Assembly: GCF_006345805.1 (NCBI RefSeq)
Contig: NC_042998.1
Location: 157,232,001-157,296,000 of the forward strand
Length of the DNA: 64,000 bases
Origin: Octopus sinensis
Lineage: Eukaryota
Direction of reading: 5' to 3'
The position numbers and the translations under genes are program-made. Of the stretch, positions 1-11,400 are shown piece after piece (the first letter of the stretch is position 1; every line of letters begins with the position of its first letter). Below the pieces are notes generated by a model that saw nothing but the letters and a program-made list of their open reading frames with translations, was not told where the DNA came from and did not search any database.

Positions 1-1471
1 CTGGAGGAGCAAGTCGATATCGTCCAGCGTCGTGGGACACTGGACGGATGGCCCTGTTAAGTTGCTAGGAGTCTGGTTTGGGCCAGACTCCCAAACGGAG
101 AGGAACTGGAGTGAGGTGACGAGCAAGGTGGAGGCCATAGTACGGACCTGGTCCAAGAGGTCTCTGTCCTTGAAAGGAAGGGCGGAGGTGGTACAGATGT
201 TCATTGCATCTGTAATCACTTACCGCCTGACCGTTGTCCCTTGCCCCGGTTCATGGCTTAACAAGTTGGAGCGAATCCTTTTCCGCTTTTTGTGGAAGGG
301 AGGAAAGCCACTTGTGAGGCGCTCCGTTTGCTGCCAGGAACCGTTAAAGGGTGGGTTAGGAATGCCTTGGCTGATGATGCGCAGACATGCGTTGAGGCTG
401 AAGCATCTCTGGCACCACCTGGAGGGTAATAAGGTGTGGAGTCCGCTGGCAGGGAAATTTTTCCCGAGACTGGCCTCCTTAACGGATTTTAAACCCGGTT
501 GCATCAAAAGATGGAAACTGACTTTATGGCAAAGGGAGTGCCGACAGGCACTCACGCTGATCCACAAGGCGGGCAAGGCCGGCTGCGGAAATACCACCTC
601 GGTATTTTATAGAAAGCTGGTAGAGGCAAAGAACGACGACCTCCTAGGAGGGGCTCTGGGGTTTGACGAAGACCAGCTTACCAACCTGTTTAAAAAGACT
701 TTCAGGACGGGGTACTTGGATAATTTCCAAAGATCCCTGGCCTGGCAGTGCTATAGGAATGCTCTACCTGTTCGCGAGAAGTTATCGCGGCACGGAATTC
801 CAGTGCCACCGACGTGTCCAAGGTGCGAGTTGGACGATGAAACCGTCCAGCACGCTTTTGTACACTGTCGGAAGTTGTCAGACTTGATAAGTTACGCAGA
901 ACACGTGTTATCGCATCTGGGACGAGTACAGCTGTCGACTGAGTCTATGATTAAGATGATACCGCCAACTGGACTCTCGAAGGAAGGTGAGGCATGTTTT
1001 CACTGCACGGTTGCAGTAGTAAAAGAATGCATGTGGAGAACAAGAATGGAAGGAGTCGCGATAGGATCCTTTGTCTCGGGCCCCGGCTTGCTCACTTACT
1101 TCAGATATCATCTGAAGAGCAAAATGGGGCTGGAAAAGAGGAACTTACCACGGGGTGTGTATGAGAAAAGATGGAAGGAAGTGGAAAAAAAGGTGGGTGT
1201 CAGAAACCCAGCTTAACTATGGAGGGAGGAGAGGAAACAAAAGCTGCGGGGCCTTAAAAATTGCCGGGGTTTGAAACTTCGGTAAAATCGAAAGGTTATC
1301 AACTGTGATAAGATTCTATTGGTCACGTAAAGGACAATTTATAGACGAATTTTTTTTTAATTCAAATGTTATGGAAAATTTTTAAATCGAACCTCTTAAT
1401 TATTTGTTTTGCATGTATGTTATGTATTTGTAATTCTATGTAAACGATTGTATAATCGTAATAAAGAAATT
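1..1471 (+). mobile_element. Tx1/L1-clade non-LTR retrotransposon, array copy 1 (3' part; 5' part outside window)
   Basis: ORF2 C-terminus nearly identical to copies 2 and 3; 3' UTR ends in AATAAAGAAAT (1460-1470), followed by spacer ACTATCGAAAAGACT (1472-1486). Confidence 0.93.
32..1216 (+). CDS. ORF2 C-terminal part (RT thumb region and zf-RVT zinc finger), 5'-partial
   Basis: Open frame with LSLKGRAEVVQMFI, GGLGMP and CPRCELDDETVQHAFVHC, the zf-RVT type of L1/Tx1 ORF2; stop TAA at 1214-1216. Confidence 0.9.
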   Translation: MGHWTDGPVKLLGVWFGPDSQTERNWSEVTSKVEAIVRTWSKRSLSLKGRAEVVQMFIASVITYRLTVVPCPGSWLNKLERILFRFLWKGGKPLVRRSVCCQEPLKGGLGMPWLMMRRHALRLKHLWHHLEGNKVWSPLAGKFFPRLASLTDFKPGCIKRWKLTLWQRECRQALTLIHKAGKAGCGNTTSVFYRKLVEAKNDDLLGGALGFDEDQLTNLFKKTFRTGYLDNFQRSLAWQCYRNALPVREKLSRHGIPVPPTCPRCELDDETVQHAFVHCRKLSDLISYAEHVLSHLGRVQLSTESMIKMIPPTGLSKEGEACFHCTVAVVKECMWRTRMEGVAIGSFVSGPGLLTYFRYHLKSKMGLEKRNLPRGVYEKRWKEVEKKVGVRNPA

Positions 1472-1692
1472 ACTATCGAAAAGACTCGATTCTATTCTCT
1501 AGCTACTTTTCATCTGCGTTCTGAGGAATTAGCTGCCTTTAGTTGAGAGAGTTCGTATTTTTGCTTATTGTTGTTTGTGTTAATTGTTATTTGAACAGTG
1601 CCCGTTGTATAACGGTAATTTTCGCCCTACGGGGCAGAAAATTCTGTATTGTTATTACCTGTATTGTTATTACCTTCGAGGTAATTTTTGAA

Positions 1693-3129
1693 ATGGATTT
1701 CGACTTGACGTCGAAGGATGATTTTCCCGTGATGGGAACAAGTGAATTAAAGGAAACAGAAGTACCAAAACAGTCTTTTTCGGCCGCGGTGGGCGGTGCC
1801 ATGATGGACGTTGAGTTCAAGATCGAACAACTGTTCGAATTTAGGAACCTGGTGAAGGTGGAAGGAGGCGAAATCAGGCTTGTACCGCCGCAGGCAAAGG
1901 TACAAGAAATAAAGGAGAAAACAGTCATATATAAAGTGTATAGCTACAAAGAAAAGAAAATCATGGACGTAAGAAATGAAATGGTCGAAAAGTGCCTGTC
2001 CCCGGTGTGGGACAAAATTCGCCATGTCGTTCGAGGTGCGCGTAGTGCTACTGTTGAGGCACATTTTGACTCAGCTGAGGTAGCTAGAGAGGTATCATCG
2101 TTGACCCTGAAAAACGATGACATCATGCTGCTACCCTCGTACATGGGAAAACGAACAGCGAAACTGCTGGTTGAGGACATACCGAGAGGGTATGAGATAA
2201 TGTGGGTAGCAGCGGCGGTCCTGCACAATATTGAGCGGGAAATCTCGATTCTGCAGATGAGAAAGAAAGAGGAGGTACGCTGGAAGGGACAGACGCTGGA
2301 ACTCCTCGTGCAGGCGGAAAACAAAATATTGGAGAACCTGCCCGATAGGATATTCAACGAAGACGGAACATCAATGAGAGTATCAGTGGAGGGACGTAGA
2401 CCCAGATGTTTTAAGTGTGGAGAGAAGGGTCACGTCCGCTCGAACTGCATAAAAAAGAAGAAAACAAATGAAGCTCCTCCTCAAAGTGTTCCCAACACTG
2501 AAGGGGAGAAGACAGAAAAGGATAATAACAAGACGAAGACAAGTATTGAAACAGAAACGGATTGTACCGAACAAATGGACTACACTCAAGTCACACATAA
2601 AAGAAAAAAAGACAACACCCCGGACTCCCCTCCCCAAACAAAGAAAAAATCAGCAAGCACAGCAGACATACACACCAAGCAAATCCCCCAGCCCTACCCC
2701 CATGGCACTGTTTTCATTGGGAAACAGTTTGCCAAGCCCCTCCCCATAAAACAAGATGTGAAAAAGTCTTTAAAAAAAAATGATAAGATCATTGCTTTTG
2801 ATGAAAAAAACGAAAGAGTATATAAATACTATAAATTTTCAAAATTTAAGTTATATAGTAAGGCTACAGACATAAAAGCAACCACTCGCTTCGCGAAAAT
2901 AAAGGAAGACGAGTGGAAGGAAGAAGTTCTTCAAGAGCATCTAAAGAACAGACTGATTAGAGATGTGACTAAAGAAGTAATGGAGGGCAAACTTGTGATA
3001 ACCCCGGCAACCACACCCACCCAGAGCCCGGTGGCAACGCCGGTCAAGAGCCCTGCAGCTACGACTACAAGGGAGGAAGAAGGGGAAGCGGGCAGATTTA
3101 AACTGTCATGCTCCCTTTCCCAACCGTGA
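1693..3129 (+). CDS. ORF1 gag-like nucleic-acid-binding protein with CCHC zinc knuckle
   Basis: ATG at 1693 matches the copy-3 start MDFDL; RPRCFKCGEKGHVRSNC knuckle followed by a Lys/Thr-rich low-complexity region. Confidence 0.9.
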   Translation: MDFDLTSKDDFPVMGTSELKETEVPKQSFSAAVGGAMMDVEFKIEQLFEFRNLVKVEGGEIRLVPPQAKVQEIKEKTVIYKVYSYKEKKIMDVRNEMVEKCLSPVWDKIRHVVRGARSATVEAHFDSAEVAREVSSLTLKNDDIMLLPSYMGKRTAKLLVEDIPRGYEIMWVAAAVLHNIEREISILQMRKKEEVRWKGQTLELLVQAENKILENLPDRIFNEDGTSMRVSVEGRRPRCFKCGEKGHVRSNCIKKKKTNEAPPQSVPNTEGEKTEKDNNKTKTSIETETDCTEQMDYTQVTHKRKKDNTPDSPPQTKKKSASTADIHTKQIPQPYPHGTVFIGKQFAKPLPIKQDVKKSLKKNDKIIAFDEKNERVYKYYKFSKFKLYSKATDIKATTRFAKIKEDEWKEEVLQEHLKNRLIRDVTKEVMEGKLVITPATTPTQSPVATPVKSPAATTTREEEGEAGRFKLSCSLSQP

Positions 3130-3157
3130 GTTCATTTATTTTTCTCTCTCACCTACA

Positions 3158-6100
3158 ATGGCTAAGCTGGGTTGTATAAATGTACGTGGAATGGGGTCGA
3201 AACGGAAACAAATTTGTTTCCTGAACGACCTCACGACACATGGTGTAGACATAGCTATTGCAACCGAGTCCAAGATGAGCGAGGCCCAAGCGTTCTCGCC
3301 TCTTCTAAATGGGTTCGAGAAATTTATTTCTCCTAGCCGAAGAGGAGGCAGAGGCGTGGCAGTCCTTATCATGAAGAGCTTGGACTTGCAGGTAAGTACT
3401 GTCTTTCTGGACCCAGAAGGCAGGCTGGTTGTTCTGGATGTGACTCACGTAAGTAAACAGTCCTTCAGGTTGGTAGCTGTCTACGCCCCGAACGAGGGTA
3501 AACAGACGGGTTTTTTTCGGAACCTGGAGCCCTTTTTAGCGACGTCGAAAACGGTAATCCTAGTAGGGGACTTTAACATTGTCCTTGAAGCGCGGATCGA
3601 CAGTGTTGGCTCAACCAATAGGAAGGGGAACCCTAGCCTCAGGGGTCTACTAGAGAGCTTTGATCTAGTGGACCGTTACCGACTGGATGAGCCGAGCGTT
3701 CCACAGTGGACGTGGAGTAACAACGACGGCTCACACAGATCGTATCTAGATAGGATATTTATTAAGAAAAGAGATAAGGAGACGTTTAGTTGTCCACAAT
3801 TTCATATTGTGCCTTACACGGATCACAAATTTGTGACGTGTAGGATGCAATTAGACAAGTGTCATAGACAGGGACCCGGGTACTGGAAGCTGAACAAGGC
3901 TATTTTGAATTGTGAAGACTTCCGTACCCGGATTAAGGTGTTAGTACAGAGGGCATTGTGTGGCACCATAATTAACAATAGATGGTGGCACTCCCTCAAA
4001 AGAGCCATTCGTTCAGAGTCCGTTAGATTTAGCAATCAGCTAAGGATAGATAGGGCTAGATTAGAGGGCGATTTAGTTAAGAATCTAAACGAGGCAATGG
4101 AAGCTGGCTCTGCATCCGAAGTGAGGACGGCAAGGACGGTTTTGTATCGTCACCTTAACTCCAAACACGAAGGTTGCAGAGTCAGAGCTAAGCTACGCGC
4201 TGGGAAACGAGAAGGTATTAACGTGGCCGGATGGGCCCGTCGAGTGGAGAGTCAGAGAGGCAACAAAGCCTCAATCAAATCTTTAACTGACGAACAGGGA
4301 CAAAAGATCTATGGACAGGAGGAGATGCAAAAGTTTCTTCACCAGCATTTCCCCCGCGTGTTCGGGGGTGGTGGTTTGCTGGACCGGGGGAGGGCCTTAA
4401 AGGACTTCCTGGCCGGCGGACCGCGGCTCGCGGGGCGTGAGGTGGAGTGCTGTGAAGGAGCGATCACTCCCGCGTAGATAGAGGGGATACTGGCCGGATG
4501 CGCCGGGGAGAAGTCGCCGGGGTTGGATGGTCTGCCCTACGAGTTTTACCAAAGTATGCCGGACTTGTTCGGGGGAATATTGGCAGGCGTCTACACGAAC
4601 TGGCAGCAGAATGGGAGAATTCCCAGTTCTGTAAGCCGGGGAGTGGTGACGCTAATCCAGAAAGACCCGAGCAAGGGGGATAACATTAGTAACTACAGGC
4701 CCATAACTCTACTTAATGTAGAGTTAAAGATTTTGGCCAAGGTGTTGGCAAAAAGGTTGACGGTTGTCGTGGAGAAACTTGTAGGGAGAGCACAGACGTG
4801 CAATTCCAGGCAGGTCGATCCAGGACAACCTTCACCTTATACGCTACACCTTAGATAGGGTGGGTAAATTAACCGGCAAGGGCGGGGTAATGGTCCATTT
4901 AGACCAAAGTAAAGCCTTCGATAGGGTAGACCATGAGTACCTGGCGACGGTCCTCGAAGCGGCTGGGCTGGGCCCTGAATTTCGCGGGTGGATCTCCGCT
5001 ATGTATAGCGGCATCAAGTCCACCGTCCAGATAAACGGTTACCTAACGGAACCGTTTTCGATCGAGTGTTCAGTTCGTCAGGGGTGCCCCTTGTCACCAC
5101 TTTTGTACATGTTGGCTCTTGAGCCATTGCTGCGAAAGTTGGAGAGGCTGGGAAGTAACTCGGATGAAATCGGAGGTGGGAGGACGGTTACTGCTTATGC
5201 GGATGACGTCACCCTCATCGTGTCCAAAGAGGCCCAACTACCTTGTGTAGAAGAGGCTATCAGAGGATACGAGGCGGTGGCAGGAGCAAAGGTTAACAAG
5301 GACAAGTCGGTTGGCTTGCGCCTCGGCACCTGGAGGAGCAAGTCGATATCGTCCGGTGTCGTGGGACACTGGACGGATGGCCCTGTTAAGTTGCTGGGAG
5401 TTTGGTTTGGGCCAGACTCCCAAACGGAGAAGAACTGGAGTGAGGTGACGAGCAAGGTGGAGGCCATAGTACGGACCTGGTCCGGAAGGTTTCTGTCCTT
5501 GAAAGGAAGGGCGGAGGTGGTACAGATGTTCATTGCATCTGTAATCACTTACCGCCTGACCGTTGTCCCTTGCCCCGATTCATGGCTTAACAAGTTGGAG
5601 CGAATCCTTTTCCGCTTTTTGTGGAAGGGAGGAAAGCCACTTGTGAGGCGCTCCGTTTGCTGCCAGGAACCGTTAAAGGGTGGGTTAGGAATGCCTTGGT
5701 TGATGATGCGCAGACATGCGTTGAGGCTAAGGCATCTCTGGCACCACCTGGAGGGTGATAAGGTGTGGAGTCCGCTGGCAGGGGGATTTTTCCCGACACC
5801 GGCCTCCTTAGTGAATTTTAAACCCGGTTACATCAAAAGATGGAAACTGACTTCATGGCAAAAGGAGTGCCGACAGGCACTCACGCTGATCCACAAGGCG
5901 GGCAAGGCCGGCTGCGGAAATACCACCTCGGTATTTTATAGAAAGCTGGTAGAGGCAAAAAACGACGACGTCCTAGGAGGGGCTCTGGGGTTTGACGAAG
6001 ACCAGCTTATCAGCCTGTTTAAAAAAACTTTCAGGACGGGGTATTTGGATAATTTCCAAAGATCCCTGGCCTGGCAGTGCTATAGGAATGCTCTACCTGT

Positions 6101-6545
6101 TCGCGAGAAGTTATCGCGGCACGGAATTCCAGTGCCACCGACGTGTCCAAGGTGCGAGTTGGACGATGAAACCGTCCAGCACGCTTTTGTTCACTGTCGG
6201 AAGTTGTCCGACTTGATAAGTTACGCAGAACACGTGTTATCGCATCTGGGACGAGTACAGCTGTCGGCTGAGTCTATGATTAAGATGATACCGCCAACTG
6301 GACTCTCGAAGGAAGGTGAGGCATGTTTTCACTGCACGGTTGCAGTAGTAAAAGAATGCATGTGGAGAACAAGAATGGAAGGAGCCGCGATAGGATCCTT
6401 TGTCTCGGGCCCCGGCTTGCTCACTTACTTCAGATACCATCTGAAGAGCAAAATGGGGCTGGAAAAGAGGATCTTACCACGGGGTGTGTATGAGAGAAGA
6501 TGGAAGGAAGTGGAAAAAAAGGTGGGTGTCAGAAACCCAGCTTGA
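3158..6545 (+). pseudogene. ORF2 (APE endonuclease, reverse transcriptase, zf-RVT) with premature stop and frameshift
   Basis: APE motifs NVRG, VYAPN, GDFN, LDRIF, TDH; RT motifs LDQSKAFDRV, RQGCPLSP, YADD. GAG>TAG at 4475-4477 and a 2-bp deletion near 4798 relative to copy 3 (CAGACGTGCA vs CAGACATGTGCA). Confidence 0.93.
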
Positions 6546-7028
6546 CTATGGAGGAAGGAGAGGAAACAAAAGCTGCGGGGCCTTATAAATTGCCGGGGTT
6601 TAAAAACTTCGGTGAGATCATAAGTTATGTACTGTTGTTTGTTCTACTGGTCATGTAAAGGACATTTATTTTTATTTTTATAGTGAATAATCCAAATGTA
6701 AATGAAAATTTTTAATCGAATCTCTTAACTGTTTGTTTTGCATGTATGTCCTGTATTTGTCCTTCTACGTGTGATTATATAATCATAATAAAGAAATACC
6801 ACTATTGAAAAGACTGCTTTCCTTTTTCATCTGCGTTGTGAGAAATTTGCTGCCTTTGTTGAGAGAGTTCGTATTTTTGCTTATTGTTGGTTGTGTTAAT
6901 TGTTATTTGAACAGTGCCCGTTGTGTAACGGTAATTTTCGCCCTACGGGGCAGAAAATTCTGTATTTAAAATTTTGTATTTAAAATTGTTATTACCTTCG
7001 AGGTAATTTTTGAAACATTTTTTGTGAA

Positions 7029-8462
7029 ATGGATTTCGACTTAGCGTCGAAGAATGATTTTCCCGCGATGGGAACAAGTGAATTAAAGGACACGGAAGTA
7101 ACGAAACAGTCTTTTTCGGCCGCGGTAGGCGGAACCATGATGGACGTTGAATTCAAGATCGAACAACTGTTCGAGTTTAGGAACTTGGTGAAAATGGAAG
7201 GAAACGAGATCAGACTTGTGCCGCCGCAAGCGAAGGTACAAGAAATAAAGGAAAAAACAGTGATATACAAAGTGTATAGCTACAAAGAAAAGAAAATTAT
7301 GGACGTCAGGAATGAAATTGTCGAAAAGTGCTTGACCCCGGTGTGGGACAAAATTCGCCATGTCGTTCGAGGTGCTCGAAGCGCTACTGTTGAAGCGCAT
7401 TTCGACACAGCTGAGGTAGCAAGAGAGGTGTCGTCATTGACCCTGAAAAATGATGACATCATGCTGCTACCCTCGTATATGGGAAAACGAACAGCGAAAC
7501 TGCTGGTAGAGGACATACCCAGAGGGTACGATATTATGTGGGTAGCAGCGGCGGTCCTGCACAATGTTGAGCGGGAGATTTCGATTCTGCAGATGAGAAG
7601 GAAAGAGGAGGTACGCTGGAAGGGACAGACGCTGGAACTCCTCGTTCAAGCGGAGAACAAGATATTGGAGAACCTGCCCGATAGAATATTTAACGAAGAT
7701 GGAACGTCCATGAGAGTGTCGGTGGAGGCACGCAGACCCAGATGCTTTAAATGTGGCGAGAAGGGGCACGTCCGCTCGAACTGCTTAAAAAAAAAGAAAA
7801 CAAATGAAGCCCCTCCTCAAAGTGCTTCTAACACTGAAGGGGAGAAGGGAGAAAAAGAAAACAAGACGACGACAAGAAAAGAAACAGAAACGGATTGTAC
7901 CGAACCAATGGATTTTACACAGGTGTCACACAAAAGAAAAAAAGTCAACACCCTGGACTCCCCTCCCCAAACAAGGAAAAAATCAGCAAGCACCACAGAC
8001 ACACACATAAAGCAAATTCCCCAGCCCTATCCCCATGGCACTGTTTTCATTGGGAAACAGTTTGCCAAGCCCCTCCCCATAAAACAAGATGTGAAAAAGT
8101 CTTTAAAAAAAAATGATAAGATCATTGCTTTTGATGAAAAAAACGAAAGGGTATATAAATACTATAAATTTTCAAAATTCCAACTTTTTAGCAAGGCCAC
8201 AGACATAAAAGCTACCACTCGCTTCGCAAAAGTGGGGGAAGACGGGTGGAAGGAGGAAGTACTGCAGGAACACCTAAAGAACAGACTAATTAGAGATGTG
8301 ACAAAAGAAGTACTGGAGGGTAAACTTGTGATAACCCCGGCAACCACACCCACCCAGAGCCCGGTGGCAACGCCGGTCAAGAGCCCTGCAGCTACGACTA
8401 CAAGGGAGGAAGAAGGGGAAGCGGGCAGATTTAAACTGTCATGCTCCCTTTCTCAAACGTAA
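7029..8462 (+). CDS. ORF1 gag-like protein with CCHC zinc knuckle (477 aa)
   Basis: Homologous to copy-2 ORF1; RPRCFKCGEKGHVRSNC. Confidence 0.92.
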   Translation: MDFDLASKNDFPAMGTSELKDTEVTKQSFSAAVGGTMMDVEFKIEQLFEFRNLVKMEGNEIRLVPPQAKVQEIKEKTVIYKVYSYKEKKIMDVRNEIVEKCLTPVWDKIRHVVRGARSATVEAHFDTAEVAREVSSLTLKNDDIMLLPSYMGKRTAKLLVEDIPRGYDIMWVAAAVLHNVEREISILQMRRKEEVRWKGQTLELLVQAENKILENLPDRIFNEDGTSMRVSVEARRPRCFKCGEKGHVRSNCLKKKKTNEAPPQSASNTEGEKGEKENKTTTRKETETDCTEPMDFTQVSHKRKKVNTLDSPPQTRKKSASTTDTHIKQIPQPYPHGTVFIGKQFAKPLPIKQDVKKSLKKNDKIIAFDEKNERVYKYYKFSKFQLFSKATDIKATTRFAKVGEDGWKEEVLQEHLKNRLIRDVTKEVLEGKLVITPATTPTQSPVATPVKSPAATTTREEEGEAGRFKLSCSLSQT

Positions 8463-8488
8463 GTTCCTTTATTTTTCTCTCACCGACA

Positions 8489-11400
8489 ATGGCTAAGCTG
8501 GGTTGTGTGAATGTACGTGGAATGGGGTCGAAATGGAAGCAAATTTGCTTCCTGAACGACCTCACGACACATGGAGTAGACATAGCTATTGCAACCGAGT
8601 CCAAGATGAACGGGGCCCAAGCGTTATCGCCTCTTCTAAATGGGTTCGAGAAATTTATTTCTCCTAGCCGAGGAAGAGGCAGAGGCGTGGCAGTCCTTAT
8701 CATGAAGAGCTTGGACTTGCAGGTAAGTACTGTCTTTCTGGACCCAGAAGGCAGGCTGGTTGTTCTGGATGTGACCCACGTAAGTAAACAGTCCTTCAGG
8801 TTGGTAGCTGTCTACGCTCCGAACGAGAGTAGACAGACGGGTTTTTTTCGGAACCTGGAGCCCTTTTTAGCGACGTCGAAAACGGTAATCCTAGTAGGGG
8901 ACTTTAACACTGTCCTTGAAGCGCGGGTCGACAGTGTTGGCTCAACCAATAGGAAGGGGAACCCTAGCCTCAAGGGTCTACTAGAGAGCTTTGATCTAGT
9001 AGACCGTTACCGACTGGATGAGCCGAGCGTTCCACAGTGGACGTGGAGTAACAACGACGGCTCACGCAGATCGTATTTAGATAGGATATTTATTAAGAAA
9101 AGAGATAAGGACACGTTTAGTTGTCCACAGTTCCACATTGTGCCTTACACGGATCACAAATTTGTGACGTGTGGGATGCAATTGGACAAGTGTCATAGAC
9201 AGGGACCCGGGTACTGGAAGCTGAACAAGGCTATTTTGAATTGTGAAGACTTCCGTACCCGGATTAAGGTGTTAGTACAGAGGGCATTGTGTGGCACCAT
9301 CATTAACAATAGATGGTGGCACTCCCTCAAAAGAGCCATTCGTTCAGAGTCCATCAGATTTAGCAATCAGCTAAGGTTAGATAGGTCTAGGATAGAGGAC
9401 GATCTAGTTAAGAATCTAAACGAGGCAATGGAAGCTGGCTCTGCATCCGGAGTGTTGGCGGCAAGGACGGTATTGTACCGTCACCTTAACTCCAAACACG
9501 AAGGTTGCAGAGTCAGAGCTAAGCTACGCGCTGGGAAACGAGAAGGTATTAACGTTGCCGGATGGGCCCGTCGAGTGGAGAGTCAGAGAGGCAACAAAGC
9601 CTCAATCAAATCTTTAACTGACGAACAGGGACAAAAGATCTATGGACAGGAGGAGATGCAAAAGTTTCTTCACCAGCATTTCGCCCACGTGTTCGGGGGT
9701 GGTGTGGCGCCGGAGCGGGGGAGGACCTTAAAGGACTTCCTGGCCGGCGGACCGCGGCTCTCGGGGCGTGAGGTGGAGTGCTGTGAAGAAGCGATCACTC
9801 CCGCGGAGATAGAGGGGATACTGGCCGGATGCGCCGGGGAGAAGTCGCCGGGGTTGGATGGTCTGCCCTACGAGTTTTACCAAAGTATGCCGGACTTGTT
9901 CGGGGGAATATTGGCAGGCGTCTACACGAACTGGCAGCAGAATGGGAGAATTCCCAGCTCTGTAAGCCGGGGAGTGGTGACGCTAATCCAGAAAGACCCG
10001 AGCAAGGGGGATAACATTAGTAACTACAGGCCCATAACTCTACTTAATGTAGAGTTAAAGATTTTGGCCAAGGTGTTGGCAAAAAGGTTGACGGTTGTCG
10101 TGGAGAAACTTGTAGGGAGAGCACAGACATGTGCAATTCCAGGCAGGTCGATCCAGGACAATCTTCACCTTATACGCTACACCTTAGACAGGGTGGGTAA
10201 ACTAACCGGCAAGGGCGGGGTAATGGTCCATTTAGACCAAAGTAAAGCGTTCGATAGGGTAGACCATGAGTACCTGGCGACGGTCCTCGAAGCGGCTGGG
10301 CTGGGCCCTGAATTTCGCGGGTGGATCTCCGCTATGTATAGCGGCATCAAGTCCACCGTCCAGATAAACGGTTACCTAACGGAACCGTTTTCGATTGAAT
10401 GTTCAGTTCGTCAAGGGTGCCCCTTGTCACCACTTTTGTACGTGTTGGCTCTTGAGCCATTGATGCGAAAGTTGGAGAGGCTGGGAAGCAACTCGGATGA
10501 GATCGGAGGTGGGAGGACGGTTACTGCTTATGCGGATGACGTCACCCTCATCGTGTCCAATGAGGCCCAGCTACCTTGTGTGGAAGAGGCTATCAGAGGG
10601 TACGAGGCGGTGGCAGGAGCAAAGGTTAACAAGGACAAGTCGGTTGGCTTGCGCCTCGGCACCTGGAGGAGCAAGTCGATATCGTCCAGCGTCGTGGGAC
10701 ACTGGACGGATGGCCCTGTTAAGTTGCTAGGAGTCTGGTTTGGGCCAGACTCCCAAACGGAGAGGAACTGGAGTGAGGTGACGAGCAAGGTGGAGGCCAT
10801 AGTACGGACCTGGTCCGGAAGGTTTCTGTCCTTGAAAGGAAGGGCGGAGGTGGTACAGATGTTCATTGCATCTGTAATCACTTACCGCCTGACCGTTGTC
10901 CCTTGCCCCGGTTCATGGCTTAACAAGTTGGAGCGAATCCTTTTCCGCTTTTTGTGGAAGGGAGGAAAGCCACTTGTGAGGCGCTCCGTTTGCTGCCAGG
11001 AACCGTTAAAGGGTGGGTTAGGAATGCCTTGGTTGATGATGCGCAGACATGCGTTGAGGCTGAAGCATCTCTGGCACCACCTGGAGGGTGATAAGGTGTG
11101 GAGTCCGCTGGCAGGGAAATTTTTCCCGAGACTGGCCTCCTTAGCGGATTTTAAACCCGGTCGCATCAAAAGATGGAAACTGACTTTATGGCAAAGGGAG
11201 TGCCGACAGGCACTCACGCTGATCCACAAGGCGGGCAAGGCCGGCTGCGGAAATACCACCTCGGTATTTTATAGAAGGCTGGTAGAGGCAAAGAACGACG
11301 ACGTCCTAGGAGGGGCTCTGGGGTTTGACGAAGACCAGCTTACCAACCTGTTTAAAAAGACTTTCAGGACGGGGTACTTGGATAATTTCCAAAGATCCCT

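Larger units (their letters stand above)
1487..6800 (+). mobile_element. Tx1/L1-clade retrotransposon, array copy 2 (full length, ORF2 disrupted)
   Basis: 5' UTR, ORF1, ORF2 and 3' UTR ending AATAAAGAAATACC; bounded by ACTAT(C/T)GAAAAGACT at 1472-1486 and 6801-6815. Confidence 0.95.

Noticed and set aside
1543-1692. N-terminal extension of ORF1 (and 8441-8488 of ORF2) in the ORF track
   Set aside because: The ORF1 extension starts at TTG and is not conserved in copy 3; the ORF2 extension is closed in copy 2. ATG 1693 and 8489 are preferred.
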